A stretch of 64,000 nt of DNA, taken from contig JAYWIR010000091.1 in assembly GCA_036172245.1 (NCBI GenBank), positions 186,001 through 250,000 on the forward strand, in the 5' to 3' direction. This document shows positions 36,004 to 49,107 of this stretch, in pieces. Within the stretch, counting starts at the first letter, position 1; each line of letters starts with the position of its first letter. Source of the DNA: Raillietiella orientalis (lineage: Eukaryota). The translations under genes were made by a program, and so were the position numbers. Under the pieces are notes generated by a model, which searched no databases, was not told the origin of the DNA, and was given only the letters and a program-made list of their open reading frames with translations.

Positions 36004-37867
36004 CCCCGTCGGGTTTCGTGGAGAATTCGCGTGGCTTTGCGGCTCGCGATGCCTGGCTGCCTACTTTTGATCGGCGCGCACACGCTTTCGAACAAGTTGT
36101 CCTCGTCTCGGTGATCGGAACGGAATCCATTTCGGAATCCGACAGGCGCATGTTCGATCGGGATTCGGCCTTCCGGGAAGTAGTGACAGGTTCCGCTGGA
36201 CTTACAGCTGTCCTGTTGTCTTTTTCCGCCTCCAGAGCAACGCTTTTGGTGACGGCTGCTTTCCCGGCGCGCGAGTTTTCAGCGTGCTCACGCGCAGTTG
36301 CACGAGGGACCTTTGCTGAAGTCTTGTTTACTTCATTACGGTTCCTCACTTCGCGTGGCGAAGTAAATGGAAATTGTCCTCCATTACCATCATTGAAGCC
36401 ATCCGCGTCTATAAACGGGAGCAGTTTCGATGGCTCCGAAACGCTCGTCATGGACGCTGCCTTCGGAACTGCTTTTAATTCCTTCGTTGGCATGGAATCC
36501 GCGTCAGTCGAGACCTTGCTCTCCGACTGCGACGGCGTGAGATTTTTCTCCGCTTTTGCGGTGTTGGATCAAGACGCGGATTTTTTTTGCCGACTTTCGA
36601 AGTCGACACGGCTCAACCCTTCTTACCCGATTTGGGCTTCTCAGCCACTGCAGGAGGTGAAGGAATGGATCTGACGGTACTGGAAGTGTCCTTACCGCCG
36701 TTGTCCATTGACATCCCCGCCGGTTGCTCGAACTCCGAAAGAGTGGGACGTGCTTGGGAAGGACAGCTATTGCGCCTAGGGGGACTTACTATTGCCCCGG
36801 ATTCCCCGCACCCTTTCTTTTGCGGCTCCCCTGCCGCGAGAGGGGGCGCGCAGGGCTTCGCTTGCGATTTTTCCGGCTGCTTTGGGGCGACGTTCCGCCT
36901 TGCGTGTTTTCGGAATTTCTGCCGTGGGGTCTCCAGGTTTTTCGCAGATTTTTTCTTTTTATGCGAGCTTTGTTTTTAAAGATGGAGCTCCGCGGCTGCC
37001 TTTTTTCGCAAAAGATCCGGGCAATTTTTCAATTGATGCCCGGATAGTTTGCAATAACGGCATTTTCCAGAGGGGCATTTATCCAAACAATGCCCCTCCT
37101 TCCAGCATTGCTCGCACGTTCTTACTTTGCCCACGAACCACAGGTGGACGACCGTGTCTTTCATCTGTAGTTTGGTGGGCAGCAGACGGCAGTCCGGCAT
37201 TGTAAGCCGGACTCCAGCGACTCCGCTGTGTATGGACCGGAAGTCCTTGCGGTTGCTACGCACCCTCCACAGCGCATGGACCGTGGCGAATTTCGCCAAC
37301 GCGTTCCGAATATCAATATCGGAGATTTCCGACTCAATGTCGAAAATCTCCACCACAAATGAGTCGTCCATGGCGGCCGGGAAGACCTTCTGGCTACGGA
37401 TCGACAACCGGGTGCGCAGCAAGCGTTGCGCAAGTGCAGCGTCTTTGCAACGCACCTTGAAATAGCCCATGTCTTTTACGGGAATAATGGCGAGAAGGTC
37501 CTCCTCCCGCTCGCCAACACGGGTCAGTTCATCGTTGAACTGATTCCCGTCGCGCGCAGAAAGAAAACCACTCACCTTATATCGGAGAGCAGGTCTATAG
37601 CCTTGGGCTACGTATGCCCGCAACTCCGACTCGTCGAGTGGTTTCCCTTTGACGGCGGCTGTGGCAGCAACGTCAGCAAAACTCCTCTCCATTGGCGAGA
37701 AAGACGAAGTGGGGGCGGTCGTCGGTTCCGCGATTGCAGATCCGGATGCTGTTCCTCCAACTTCAGTAGCTTCAAGTTAAGTCGACATCGTCGTCAAAAT
37801 GTACGACGCCAAGATGGAGCGGATGAAAGAACGAAGACGAGAGCGAAGAACAACACGTCCGCACTCG
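36004..37867 (-). mobile_element. Family B copy 3: 5' end and most of ORF1, cut by D2
   Basis: 5' CGAGTGCGGACGTG; ORF 36976..37692 with CEQCWKEGHCLDKC and CRYCKLSGHQLKNC. Confidence 0.93.
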
Positions 37868-37875
37868 ATTGAAAT

Positions 37876-40800
37876 TTATCACCAGGTCACGCCCGGCCTT
37901 TTATTAATAATAATAAACTGGTCAGGGACAATGTCCCCAACCAAGAGAACGACAGAGAACATAGAAAAATGACCGGCACGCAGGCCTGGTAAACAAACCG
38001 CTCGCAGCGTGGGGGGAATGAGGGGAAACAAACAAAAATCAAAAACTGGAGCGAAGGGTAACGGGTTTTTGGTTAGGCTCCGTACTCACGGGGATTTATA
38101 CGATGAGCACCTAAAATGTTCCGGAGCCTATAGGGACGCGGGTGTAAAAAGAAAATACAAATTTAGTATATGGAGGGTAGGGCAATGATCAACGGGCTGG
38201 CCGCTGCTGAGGGTGTGTAAACCGGCGGTGTATTGCGGCGATTTTCCGTTTTGTCTCCTCTGTCAAATGAGGCCATCTAGCGGATGCTCTAATGTAGAAG
38301 GATGCTTTGCTGATTACCTCTTAATGCTGTCCGTTGATTACCAGCGCCTGGCGGACGGAAACTATCGCGCGTATGCAACCGATGGTTGCAATCCTTGCGC
38401 TTAGTGAAAGCCCGCTCGGCGTTAAGAATCGTCGCAGCAAGTCTCTTGCGGTGTCCACGGGATGCAATAGTGCTGTTGCCAGCCTCCGCAACAGTCCTTG
38501 TAGGACACCGCAGTCCAGAAGTAGGTGCGGAATCGACTCCGTCGATCCGCACCGAACGCAGTTCGGAGACGCAAGTCCCCCGGAGTCACGATGCCAACGC
38601 TCGTTGCACTGAAAACCCCATTGAAAGAAAAGCAGCACGTCTTGTTTCCAAGCAAGGGAGAGCAGCGAACTGTCAATACACTGTGGAGGGACTACAAGTT
38701 CTTCGGGGGTGACAGCAAATTCTTCTGCCCACCGGAGGAGTCCCTTTGCAGTAACACGAGGAGTGGCGGCGTCCGCCAACTCACTCGTCTTCCAGGCGCC
38801 AAGGATTTTGGTTTTTCCCGCTATCGTGCAGGAAACCTCCCACCTCGCCGGTTGGTAACTGTCGTTTCTTGCCCTGAGGGCAGACAGCGCTGCGGCAAGA
38901 GGCGTGGCAGCCAGGGTAGAAAACTTCACCTCGTTTTGCAGTACTTCTTCCAAGGATCGTGGAAAAAATTGACGCAGGGAGCGAAGATCTTCAGAGCGTA
39001 TTCCTGGAACGCCGCCCAGGATTCAACAGACTTCTGCCTCCAAGTTTTAAAGTTCATTGGGCGGCAGGAGATCCACGAGTGAGCTTCCAGAAGTGCGGTC
39101 AACTGCCGCAATGGAAACCCGAAACCCCGCTTCCTGTATTGAGTGCCCGGCAAAAGCGAGAGAAATCCTCCGCTGCCGGCGCATCTCCGCAGTAGAATGC
39201 GGGCTGGCACACACAGGAGGGACGTCCATAGCTGGGCACACAGTGCCAGCAGTCGGAACTGCACTTGCAGTCCGATTCGCTCCAATGTCAAGATACCCAA
39301 ACCAGCATCCCGACGCGGAGCTAACAAATCTTTAAGGCGGATCCTGGATCTCGCCGGACCCCAGATAGCGTTCCTGCGCAGGCGTTTATCCCGCTGTTTT
39401 GCCGCATAGGGGGGGTCCAAAACAAAAAACAGGGGACGGAGGAGGGGGGCAACAAAGGTGTTCCAAATAGTCGCCCGTTCCTGCAAGGTAAACTTGCCGT
39501 TAAAGAACGGGCTGATGGCTAACTCAGCTTTCTGAAGACAGTCCGCCCACGCTTCCGCTGCGCCGAAAGCGCCCAACGGAACGCCAAGGTACTTAAAGTA
39601 CCCGCCCGTGGGGATTCCCAGGCGGATCCAGTCGGACTGCCCCTCCCACGACGTACCCACAGGAACTACCACGCTCTTCTCTCTGTGCACGCTCACGCCC
39701 GCTCCCCGACGTATCAGGTCGAAGAAATCCTCGACACTGGACGGCGGGGTGGACATGGGGAGCAGAAGAAGCAGGTCATCAGCGTAGGCGGCCAAGGCAG
39801 GCGTTCCCGGGCAGGAGCTTGGCAAGTGAGACAGCGTCAGCCTGTATGCTCTTAGCACCAACTCAAAGAAGATGCTGAAGAGCAACGGGCTTAAGCTGTC
39901 GCCCTGTCGGATGTCCCTACGACCGGGAATACCATACACGCGGCAGCCGCTAATAGTGATGCAAGTTAGCGCGTGGCGCCAGCACGCGCGCAAATACAGC
40001 AGGAGTTGCGCCTGGGACCCAGGGCGTTCCATAAGCTCCAAAAGCAGCTTCTGGTTTACGCAGTCGAACAACTTGTGGAGATCGACCGCGACCGCCAAGG
40101 CACCTGGCGTTCCCTCCTGCCGTCGGCGCCTGTTCTTTTTGCCTGCGGCAGTGACTTTCGCAGCAGCCTGGCTTTGCTGCGCCACAACTTTCTGCAGCTG
40201 CATCCATGTACGCGCGAAAAGGATGTTCGCCTCCATGGATCGTCCCGGAACCGCGTAGGTTTGTTCCGGGCTCACCACAGATTCCGCGATACTTCCTAAC
40301 CGCGCGACCCACAGCTTGGAAAACAACTTGACGTCCGAGTTCACCAAGGTGATCGGACGCCAGTTGTTAAGTTGGCGCAAGTCTCCGCCTTTCGGCAGGA
40401 GACGCACCTTCGCTGAGCGGAAGGAATCGAGGACATTCCCGGATTCACTCATCAGCGTCGCGAGTTTCAGCATCAAGGGAATGAGCTCCACTGCAAAGCA
40501 CTGATAAAACTCTGCAGGGAGCCCATCCTCGCCTGGTGCCTTTCGTCTCTTCAGCCCAGCGATGGCGGACAAAAATTCATCCGCCGTGAAGGGCTCGTTG
40601 AGACGTTCGCGTTCCTCCTCGCCGACAACACGAGCATCCTGAGACAGGAGTATCTCAGAAAGAATATCCTGCGTCGGGGATTCCGCGTAGAGCGAGAAGT
40701 AGTAGCGTCTCACAATGCGGCGTACTTCCGCTGGGGCCGAACATTCCTGGCCCTTGTCGTCCAACAGGCATGCTGCTCCGGACTGCCAGACCTGGCGCTC

Positions 40801-43780
40801 GGCCCTCGCCTTGTACTCTGCGAGACGCCCGACATCCGCGCGTCTCGAAAACGTGCGGGCCTGCAGAAAGTCTCTACTGTTGGCCACACCCTCTCCAAAA
40901 CCGCGTGGAAGCCGGTGCAAGGGGAATTGGCAGCAGAACTCGCGGACAGATCTTTTGAGATCGTCCCAGTGCGCAAGTTCTTGAATGGCAAAGCCTCGGA
41001 GGTATCCACGTAGATGCTCCGCAGCCACCGGTTGGCTAAGCCAATCCGTCTGCATCCTTCAGTTTTGCAACGGAGGTACCCTGCCTGGCGGAAGGATCTC
41101 AAACTCCAACCTGTGGTGGTCAGAAAGCCTAGTCAACAATCTGCCTCTCCTCCCCACACGCGAATGCAGGTTTTCATCGAGGAAAACGTGATCGAGCGAT
41201 CTTTCCATTCCAGGTTCGCTGACCATCAAGTTGGCGGCGTGCACGGACGCGCACATCTTGATGGGCAGCGCGCGCTCCCTCGGGCGGCTCCAATCGTCGG
41301 AGAGCAGTCGGACGTTGAAGTCCCCAGCGACGAGGTGCCCCACTTGGAAACCGGAGTTGTTGAGCCAGTGGCTCTGCACCTCACCAAAGAAGGCTACTCT
41401 TTCTTGGAATTAGCGAGAGCCACTCGGCGCGTAGACGTTCGTAACGACGAGATCGATGGACTCGGACCACTTGATGACAAGCTGGCCTTTCCGTCCGTCG
41501 TCATCGAAACGAATACTACGCACCGCTTCCGCCATTTTTCCTCTTACGAGGAAGGCGAAGCCGCACGTGTGTGCGCCGTCGCACCGCCAATGTAGCGTTC
41601 CGCCTGCGCGCTCCTCGATTTCGACTCTCTGCTCATCGGAGATTACGTGAATCTCCTGCAGGAGCGCGCGGTCGAAGGGGTGCAGGGCGTTGGCTACTAA
41701 TCGCCTCTTCTCATCGTTCTGTAGTCCGTTCACGTTCCAACACGTTACGGACAGACGACGAGAAGACGGGATTCCCCGCATTACTGCTGGGAAGGTGGCG
41801 GCTTTTTGCTCGCTTTTTCCGGCGAGCAGACGGCGAGCAGCACGACTGGCTGGAGGGCACGGTCGCCACCGTCCTCTGTCGTGCTGCAAGCATGTAATGC
41901 CTCCACGCCAGGCTTAACCCCGTCATGTTTCGTGGAGACTTCGCGTGGCCTCGCGGCTAGCGTTGCCTAGCTGCCTACTTTTGATCGGCGCGCACACGCT
42001 TTCGAACGAGTTGTCCTCGTCTCGGTGATCGGAACGGCATCCATTTCGGAGTCCGACCGGCGCATGTTCGATCGGGTTTCCGCCTTCCACGAAGTAGTGA
42101 CAGGTTCTGCTGGATTGACAGCTGTCCTGTTGTCTTTTTCCGTCTCCAGAGCATCGCTTTTGGTGACGGCTGCTTTCCCGGCGAGCGCGTTTTCAGCGTG
42201 CTCACGCGCAGTTGCACGAGGGACCTTTGCTGAAGTCTTCTTTACTTCATTACGTTTCCTCACTTCGCGTGATGCCGTAAATGGAGATTGTGCTCCATTG
42301 CCATCTTTCAAGCCATCCGTGTCTTTAAACGGGAGCAGTTTCGATGGCTCCGACACGCTCGTCATGGACGCTGCCTTCGGAAGGGCTTTCAATCCCTTCG
42401 TTGGCATGACATCCGCGCTAGTCGAGAGCTTGCTCTCCGACTGCGACGGCGTGAGATTTTTTTCCGCTTTCGCGGAGTTGGATCGCGACGGGGATTTTTT
42501 TTTGCCGACTTTCAAAGTCGACACGGCACAACCCTTCTTACTCGATTTGGGCTTCTCAGCCACTGCAGGAGGTGAAGGAATGGATCTGACTGTACTGGAA
42601 GTGTCCTTACCGCCGTTTTCCATTGACGTCTTCGCCGGTTGTTCGAACTCCGAAAGAGCCGGGCGTGCTTGGGAAGGACAGCTATTGCGCCTAGGGGGAC
42701 TTACCATTGCCCCGGATTCACCGCACCCTTTCTTTTGCGGCTCCCCTGCCGCGAGAGGGGGGCGCAGGGCTTCGCGTGCGAGGTTTCCTGCTGCTTTGGG
42801 GCGACATTCCGCTTCGCGTTTTTACCGAATTTCTGCCGTGGGGTCTCCAGGTTTTTCGCAGATTTTTTCTTTTTATCCGCGCTTTGTTTTTTAAAATGTA
42901 GCTCCGCGGCTGCTTTTTTTCGCAAAAGATCCGGGCAATTTTTCAATTGGTGCCCGGATAGTTTGCAATAACGGCATTTTCCAGAGGGGCATTTATCCAA
43001 ACAATGCCCCTCCTTCCCGCATTGCTCGCACGTTCTTACTTTGCCCAGGAACCACAGGTGAACAACCGTGTCTTTCACCTGTAGTTTGGTGGGCAGCAGA
43101 CGGCGGTCAGGCATTGTAAGCCGGACTCCAGCGACTCCGCTGTGTATGGACGGGAAGTCCTTGAGGTTCGTTCGCACCAACCACAGCGCATGGACCGTGG
43201 CGAATTTCGCTAACGCGTTCAGAATATCAATATCGGAGACTTCCGACTCGAAGTCGGAAATCTCCGCCACAAATGAGTCGTCCATGGCGGTCGGGAAGAC
43301 CTTCTGTCCACGGATCGACAACGGGGTGCGCAGCAAGCGTTGCACAAGTGCAGCGTCTTTGCAACGCACCTTAAAATAGCCCATGTCTTTTACGGGAATA
43401 ATGGCGAGAAGGTCCTCCTCTTGCACGCCAACACGGGTCACTTCATCGTTAACTGATTTCCGTCGCGCGCAGAAAGAAAACCACTCACCTTATATCGGAG
43501 AGCAGGTCTATAGCTTTGGGCTACGTATGCCCGCAACTCCGACTCGTCAAGTGGTGTCCCTTTGACGGCTGCTGTGGCAGCAACGTCAGCAAAACTCCTC
43601 TCCATTGGCGAGAAAGACGAAGTGGAGTCGGCCGTAGGTTCCGCGATTGCAGATCCGGATGCTGTTCCTCCAACTTCAGTAGCTTCAAGTTGGGTCGACA
43701 TCGTCGTAAAAATGTACGACGCCAAGATGTAGCGGATGAAAGCACGGAGACGAGAGCGAAGAAAAACACGTCCGCACTCG
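37876..43780 (-). mobile_element. Family B copy 2, full length (~5.9 kb), flanked by ATTTCAAT on both sides
   Basis: ATTGAAAT at 43781-43788 and 37868-37875; ORF1 43701-41781, ORF2 41781-38189. Confidence 0.96.
38926..41055 (-). pseudogene. Longest open RT reading frame in the window (709 aa, part of B2 ORF2)
   Basis: KAPGEDGLP, NWRPITLVNSD, QGDSLSP, AYADD, KYLGV; APE upstream broken by stops, frameshift downstream. Confidence 0.95.
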
Positions 43781-46164
43781 ATTGAAATCTCCCGCTATCA
43801 GGTGATTTTTTCGCACATTGGTATCTGCCAGCCAGTCGCGCTTCAGGGTTTCCAGCAGCCTGGTGCGGTCGCGGTAACCCTGTTTGCCGCTGGGGCCATA
43901 CACGTTTGTGACGATTAGGTCGTTCGAGTCGGACCAGCTGAGAATCAGCTGACCGATCCGACCGTCGTCATCAAACCGCACGCCCTTTACGGCAGCGTCG
44001 ATGGCCGGCTTCACGAAAAACGCGACCCCGCAGGTGTTGCGGGGGCGGCATCGCCAATACAGCCGACCCCCCGCGAACTTCTCGATCTCCTAGGCGTCTG
44101 CCGCGGTGATCACGTGGATCTCCTGCAGCAGCGCCAGGTCGAGCTGACGCAGGGTGTCGGCCGTATGTCGCCTGTTGCCGTCGTCGCGCATCCCGTTGAC
44201 GTTCCAACAGGCCGCGCGAATCCGACGGCGACTGGCGAGCCCAGGTGTTAGTCCTGGGAAAACGGCGATGCGGCGTCCGCCACCTGCTGGGGCGGGACAC
44301 TAGGTGGAGGGGGAGGGGAGACAGGTACTGAAGGCACCTGTTCCTCCTCCTGCATCGGTGCCGGCGCGTCGGGCGGATCACCTGCAGGTGGAGTCGCGCC
44401 TACCTGTTCGCCTTCCTCCATGGGTTCGGGCTGCTCAGGTTTCGCGACTGCAGGGAGGACTTAACCCCCCTGCTCTCTCTCCTCCATGGGGGTGGCCGAC
44501 TCGACGGCTTCCGGGCGTGGGTATTGCCCCTCCGGGATTCCCACGCTGCCGCTTCCTTCCGGTTTCTCCTCCTCGCTGGTGGAGGGGAGGCGCCTCCTGG
44601 GTTTCTGGGACTTGCGTCCCGACTTCCTGGGGGGTGCCTCCGAGGAGGATGATCTGCTTCCGGCCCCCAGGTCGCACTCACCTGCGGGGGCCTTCTTTGT
44701 CGGAGCCGACCTGCGTACGCCCTTGCGCGACGGGGTTTCGAGCTCGGCGAGCGTTGCTGCGAGCTCCTCCGCCGCTTTGTCGAAGGCCGCGTCTTCGCCA
44801 GCGGCGACCGTTGCCGCGGGCTGCCCCGCGACTTTATCGAGCGCGGCGTCCTGGCTGTCGGCGCGCTAGTCTCGCGTCTCACCCTCTAAACGTAGATTGG
44901 GCACGTCCACGCGAGTATTCATCCCGTCTGCATCAGCTGTTCCGTGAACATTGCCGCGGGCGGACTCGGCAGGAACGGCTAAGCGTTCCAGTGCCACCGA
45001 GCATTCGTAGAGCTGCTTTTTTTTGAAAGCGGCGCAACTTTTTTCTTGTTGCCGGCAGTTTTCTTCTCCGACATTTCTTCTGGCATTAATTTCTTTTTTG
45101 TTTCTTTTTTGTCCTGAACCAGCTGCCAACCCTCCTCCATTTCCGCGTTCACATGAGCTATTTGCTCCGACGTCTGTACGGGAGGAAGGGAGGCTGGCAG
45201 TTGGGAACGGCCATTTTCGCTAGGTGGTCTTTCTACCAGCTTTCCACGTTTTCCCTGCGCCTTTTTGGCAGCAGGGGGCACCGGGGTGGGGCGCTTGGGG
45301 CTCACGCGTGAACGTGACCCTTTTTGCCGCATTTGACACACAATGTTAGGGTACCTTTCTCGTAGATGCCCTACTGCATTGCAGTAGCCACAAAATTGGC
45401 GTTTCCCCACGTACCAGAGGTCCACCGCTTCTTGGCAGACCTCCAGCTTGTGGGGAAGCGCACCACTCTCTTTTACTGTGATACGCGCCGCAGCTTGACC
45501 TCCGAAAAGGCTATTGTAGCCTTGGAAAATCGTGGACTTCGGCCACAACGCGTGCACTTCTCCGTGCTTTTGTAGCTGTTTTCGAACCTCTGACCTTGTC
45601 ATACGACTGGAGATCCCAGTGAGATGGACCACCACCGAGCGGTCCATCGTTATCGGCAAGATCTTCCGACCATCAACGATCAGCGGGTCGGTGATCAGAT
45701 GTCGGGCCAAGGTGATATCCTTGCATACCACCTTGACCCGCTGCCCGCCGCTGAGGACGCAGAGGCCGTCGACATCTTTTTCAAAAATATTGGCGTTCTG
45801 CAGCGCCTTCGTAAAGGCTCGTGCAGTTCGCCCATCGAAAAGGTTGCCTACCTTGTAGACGAGCGAGGGATTATACCCCGCTTTCTTGTAGGCTTCCATC
45901 TCGGCCATGGCTTTCACGCTAGGCGCGGCCACCATGGCGCTCCATGACCTCGGCGTCGCCGGGGACGATTCCGGGGCGGATGCCCCTGATCCAGTAGGCT
46001 GTGGGGACGAACAAGCCTCCATCACGCCTACATCCATCGCGGTGTCCTCTGGCAACGCTGCCATCGGACATTGACGATGTGCACGCACAAATCACTCAAT
46101 AAGAAAAAACACTCGCTTTGCCACGCAGGCGGAGCGCAGGAAAAGCACGTCCGCTCTCCACAGC
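43781..46164 (-). mobile_element. Family C copy 2: 5' end, ORF1 (46064-44248) and APE up to GDFN
   Basis: 5' CTGTGGAGAGCGGACGTG; MAALPEDTAMDVG...CGYCNAVGH; APE WNVNG, QEIH, NVYGP, LIAGDFN. Confidence 0.92.
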
Positions 46165-49107
46165 GGGGATTCGGCGAAGGGGCTCGTAACAAACGCGCGT
46201 ATTTGCACGTGCGTCTTCACGAGAGGAACCCCAATGTCCGTCGCCTGGCCGAATACCGCGGCGGAGCCGAGCGACAAGCCTGGCAATCCGAGTCAGACAG
46301 CATGCTGGATGACCTGGGCCGGGAACGTTCGTCCCCGTCTGCGGTACGGAGTCTCGTGCGTTGTTTTTATTCCTCCCTTTACGCCAAAACACCACCCGAA
46401 CAAGACGCCTCGCGGCGATTGCTCATGAGTGGTTCCGTGGCGATAGGGGACGAGGAAAGAGAAAGCCTCAAAGAACCTTTCACGACCGGTGAAATTCTCG
46501 GGGGTATCAAAAGACTCAAGAGCCGTAAAGTGCCAGGGGAGGACGGCTTGCCTGCGGAGTTCTTTCAGAGTTTCGCGGAAGAGCTGGCCCCCCTGGTGCT
46601 CGAGTTGACAAGGCGAATCCGAGACGAAGGCGATGTTCCCGCCTCGTTTCGGTCAGCCAGAGTGAGGCTCCTCCCGAAGGGAGGAGTCCCAAGGAAACTT
46701 TGCAACTGGCGTCCGATCACGATTGTGAACACGGACGCCAAGTTGATTGCCGGGCTGTGGGCGTCGCGATTGGGGCATGTGTCCAATTCCATAATTAGCC
46801 GGGAGCAGACTTACGCTGTTCCCGGGCGAAGTATGGAGGACAACCTCTTCTTCGCGAGCACATGGATGCACGCGCAGCGGAGCAATAAAGAAGGGACAGG
46901 GAAAATTTGCAACCCTACTTTGGAGCCGCCAGTGGGACAGGGTAGGGACCCTCATGCGGGAAAGGGGGCCTTAGCGATCGCAGTCGACCTCCATAAGGCA
47001 TTCGACTGTCTTGACCAGCTACTCCTCTTGGAGCTCCTGGGTAGCATGGGCTTCCCACCCTCCTTGATTACCTACCTGCGCTCTTGCTTGCGGAACGCGA
47101 TAATCTCAATTACTTTCAGTGGACAAAAGGTGTATGGCGTGCCGGTGCTGCGGGGCATAAGGCAGGGCGACAGCCTCAGCCCCCTGCTTTTTAGCAAATG
47201 CGCTGATTTGGTGTTAAAAGCGTACTGGGTGACTTTGGCCCCCTTGCCGAGCTCGTGCCCCGGCACGCCAGCTGTAGCGGCGTATGCCAACGATCTTCTG
47301 CTCCTCTTACCTATGTGCACCCCGGCGAAGGCGGTCGGAGATTTCTTCGACCTGCTTAGCCGTGGGGCCGGATAACAGGTTAACAGGGCGAAGTCTTCAG
47401 TGTTGAAAGTTGGAGCGACGTGGGTAGGGCAGCAGGAATGGGTCCGTCTAGGGATCCCCACAGTGAGGTGCATCAAGTACCTCGATGTGGCGTTGGGGGA
47501 CTTCTCCCCTGGGGAAGCGTGGTCCAGCTGCCTCCAAAAAGTCGAGACGGCGATCGGCCGTTCCTGGAAGGCAAGTTTCACTTGCCAGAACGGGCCGCGG
47601 TTTGGAACGCCTTCGCGCCCCCATCCTCCGCCCCTTGCTTTTTGTTTCCCCTGCCCCCGTGGAATCAAGAAAGCGGACGAAGAACCTCCTCCGCATAGCT
47701 CTTTGGGGCAAGGGGAGGCCCCGAGTCCATTTGAAGGACTTGTGCGCTCCGCGTCGGGACGGCGGTCTTGGCCTCCTGACGCTGGAGTGCGTGGAGAAGC
47801 AGGTGCGGTGGCGAACCCTCGACATCGCAGCGAAGATGTGGAGCACCGCTTGGTGCATTCCGGCCCGCCTCCTGGCCAGGAATGTGTCCCGCTGCGAAGG
47901 GCTCGCATCGTTTCTTCTGTGCCCTGACCGGAAGATTCGAAGATGCGGTCTATTGCTCGGCCGCATGGCAACCCTGGCAAAGGATAACGACTGGAAGGTA
48001 TATGGCCCTGCCAACTCCTCCGCTTGGTTGGAAGAGTCTGCTGGCACCTGAGCAAAGCACAACAAGAGGTGCGAAGTCCGTTTAAACTGCCTGCGAGTCG
48101 GCTTTTACGCCCGCCGCACTCTCCGTGAAATTCTTGAATTTCCACCGAGTTGCACGTGGGCGTAAGGCACACCCCTTGTTAGGGCGATGCCCTTCCTTCA
48201 AAGGGCGCTTCACGAAAGCCGGAAGTCAAGGTGGCGAGTCTGCTGCCGTATCGCAGGGAGAGAGAAGATGATGAGCGTCTGGACCATGGGAGAGTTGACA
48301 GATGCAACGACCCCTAGTCTCCAGCCGCGTGCATTAAGAAGATGGGGCGAGCTGCTCGGCATTCGATTGGATGACCTGAAGTGGCCCCCGGTTCTACTTG
48401 GATCCAGGATTCTTCCCCTGAAGTGGCAAGAATCGGCGCTTCTGTGGCTGCATTGGGGTCTACCCTGCAACGCGCGCCGCTTCCACTGGACGCGGGGAAG
48501 AGTAAATCCTGCGTGTGCCAGGTGTGGGGAGCGGGAGTCGCTCCCCCACCTCTAAGTTGAATGCCCTGCCGTCCAGATTCTTTGGGATCGTCTGAAAACG
48601 GCCCTCCGGATACCGGATGGTGGCAATGTTGGATGTGTCTTCAGTCTTGTCTTCGTGCGGGACGCCCTCAGTCCAGCCGCAGCCCTGGCAGCACTATGCT
48701 GCATTCGTGGTATCGTGGCGGCCTGGAGTGATGCCGAAGATGAAGAGTGCATCGTGAGGGACGTCATCGAGTATGCTTCTCGCTTCCTGCAGAGAGCTAC
48801 CCGATGGCTCCATCTAGGAAAGCTGAAAAGGGAACTAGAAGGCATCCTGCAAAGGATGGGCGCTCCTAGCAGTTTTCTGTGATCCCTTCCCGGCCCTCCA
48901 AATTTTTTTTTGTGGTTTGTTTTTCTCCTTTATTTTATTTTTGTTTTTTCCCCCATCCCCCTCCACTGTCGAGGAGAGCCACACCGGGCTGCGTCCCGGT
49001 GTCCCGGCAGTTCCGGTATTGCGTGGCCGTCAGTGGGGCCTTGTACCACGTTCTGTATTGACCGTTGAAATGTTTTTAATAAACGTCCCGGCGTAACCGG
49101 GTGGCAA
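46165..49107 (+). mobile_element. Family C copy 4: from the GFG site through RT to 3' terminus
   Basis: GFGEGARN...DLHKAFD...AYAND...CARCGERESLPHL; terminus AATAAACGTCCCGGCGTAACCGGGTG-GCAA. Confidence 0.92.

Noticed and set aside
35973..36015. Site specificity of family D
   Set aside because: Its two 3' junctions differ (APE TCGV region in sense at ~5430; B ORF1 in antisense at 36004) and share only CC.
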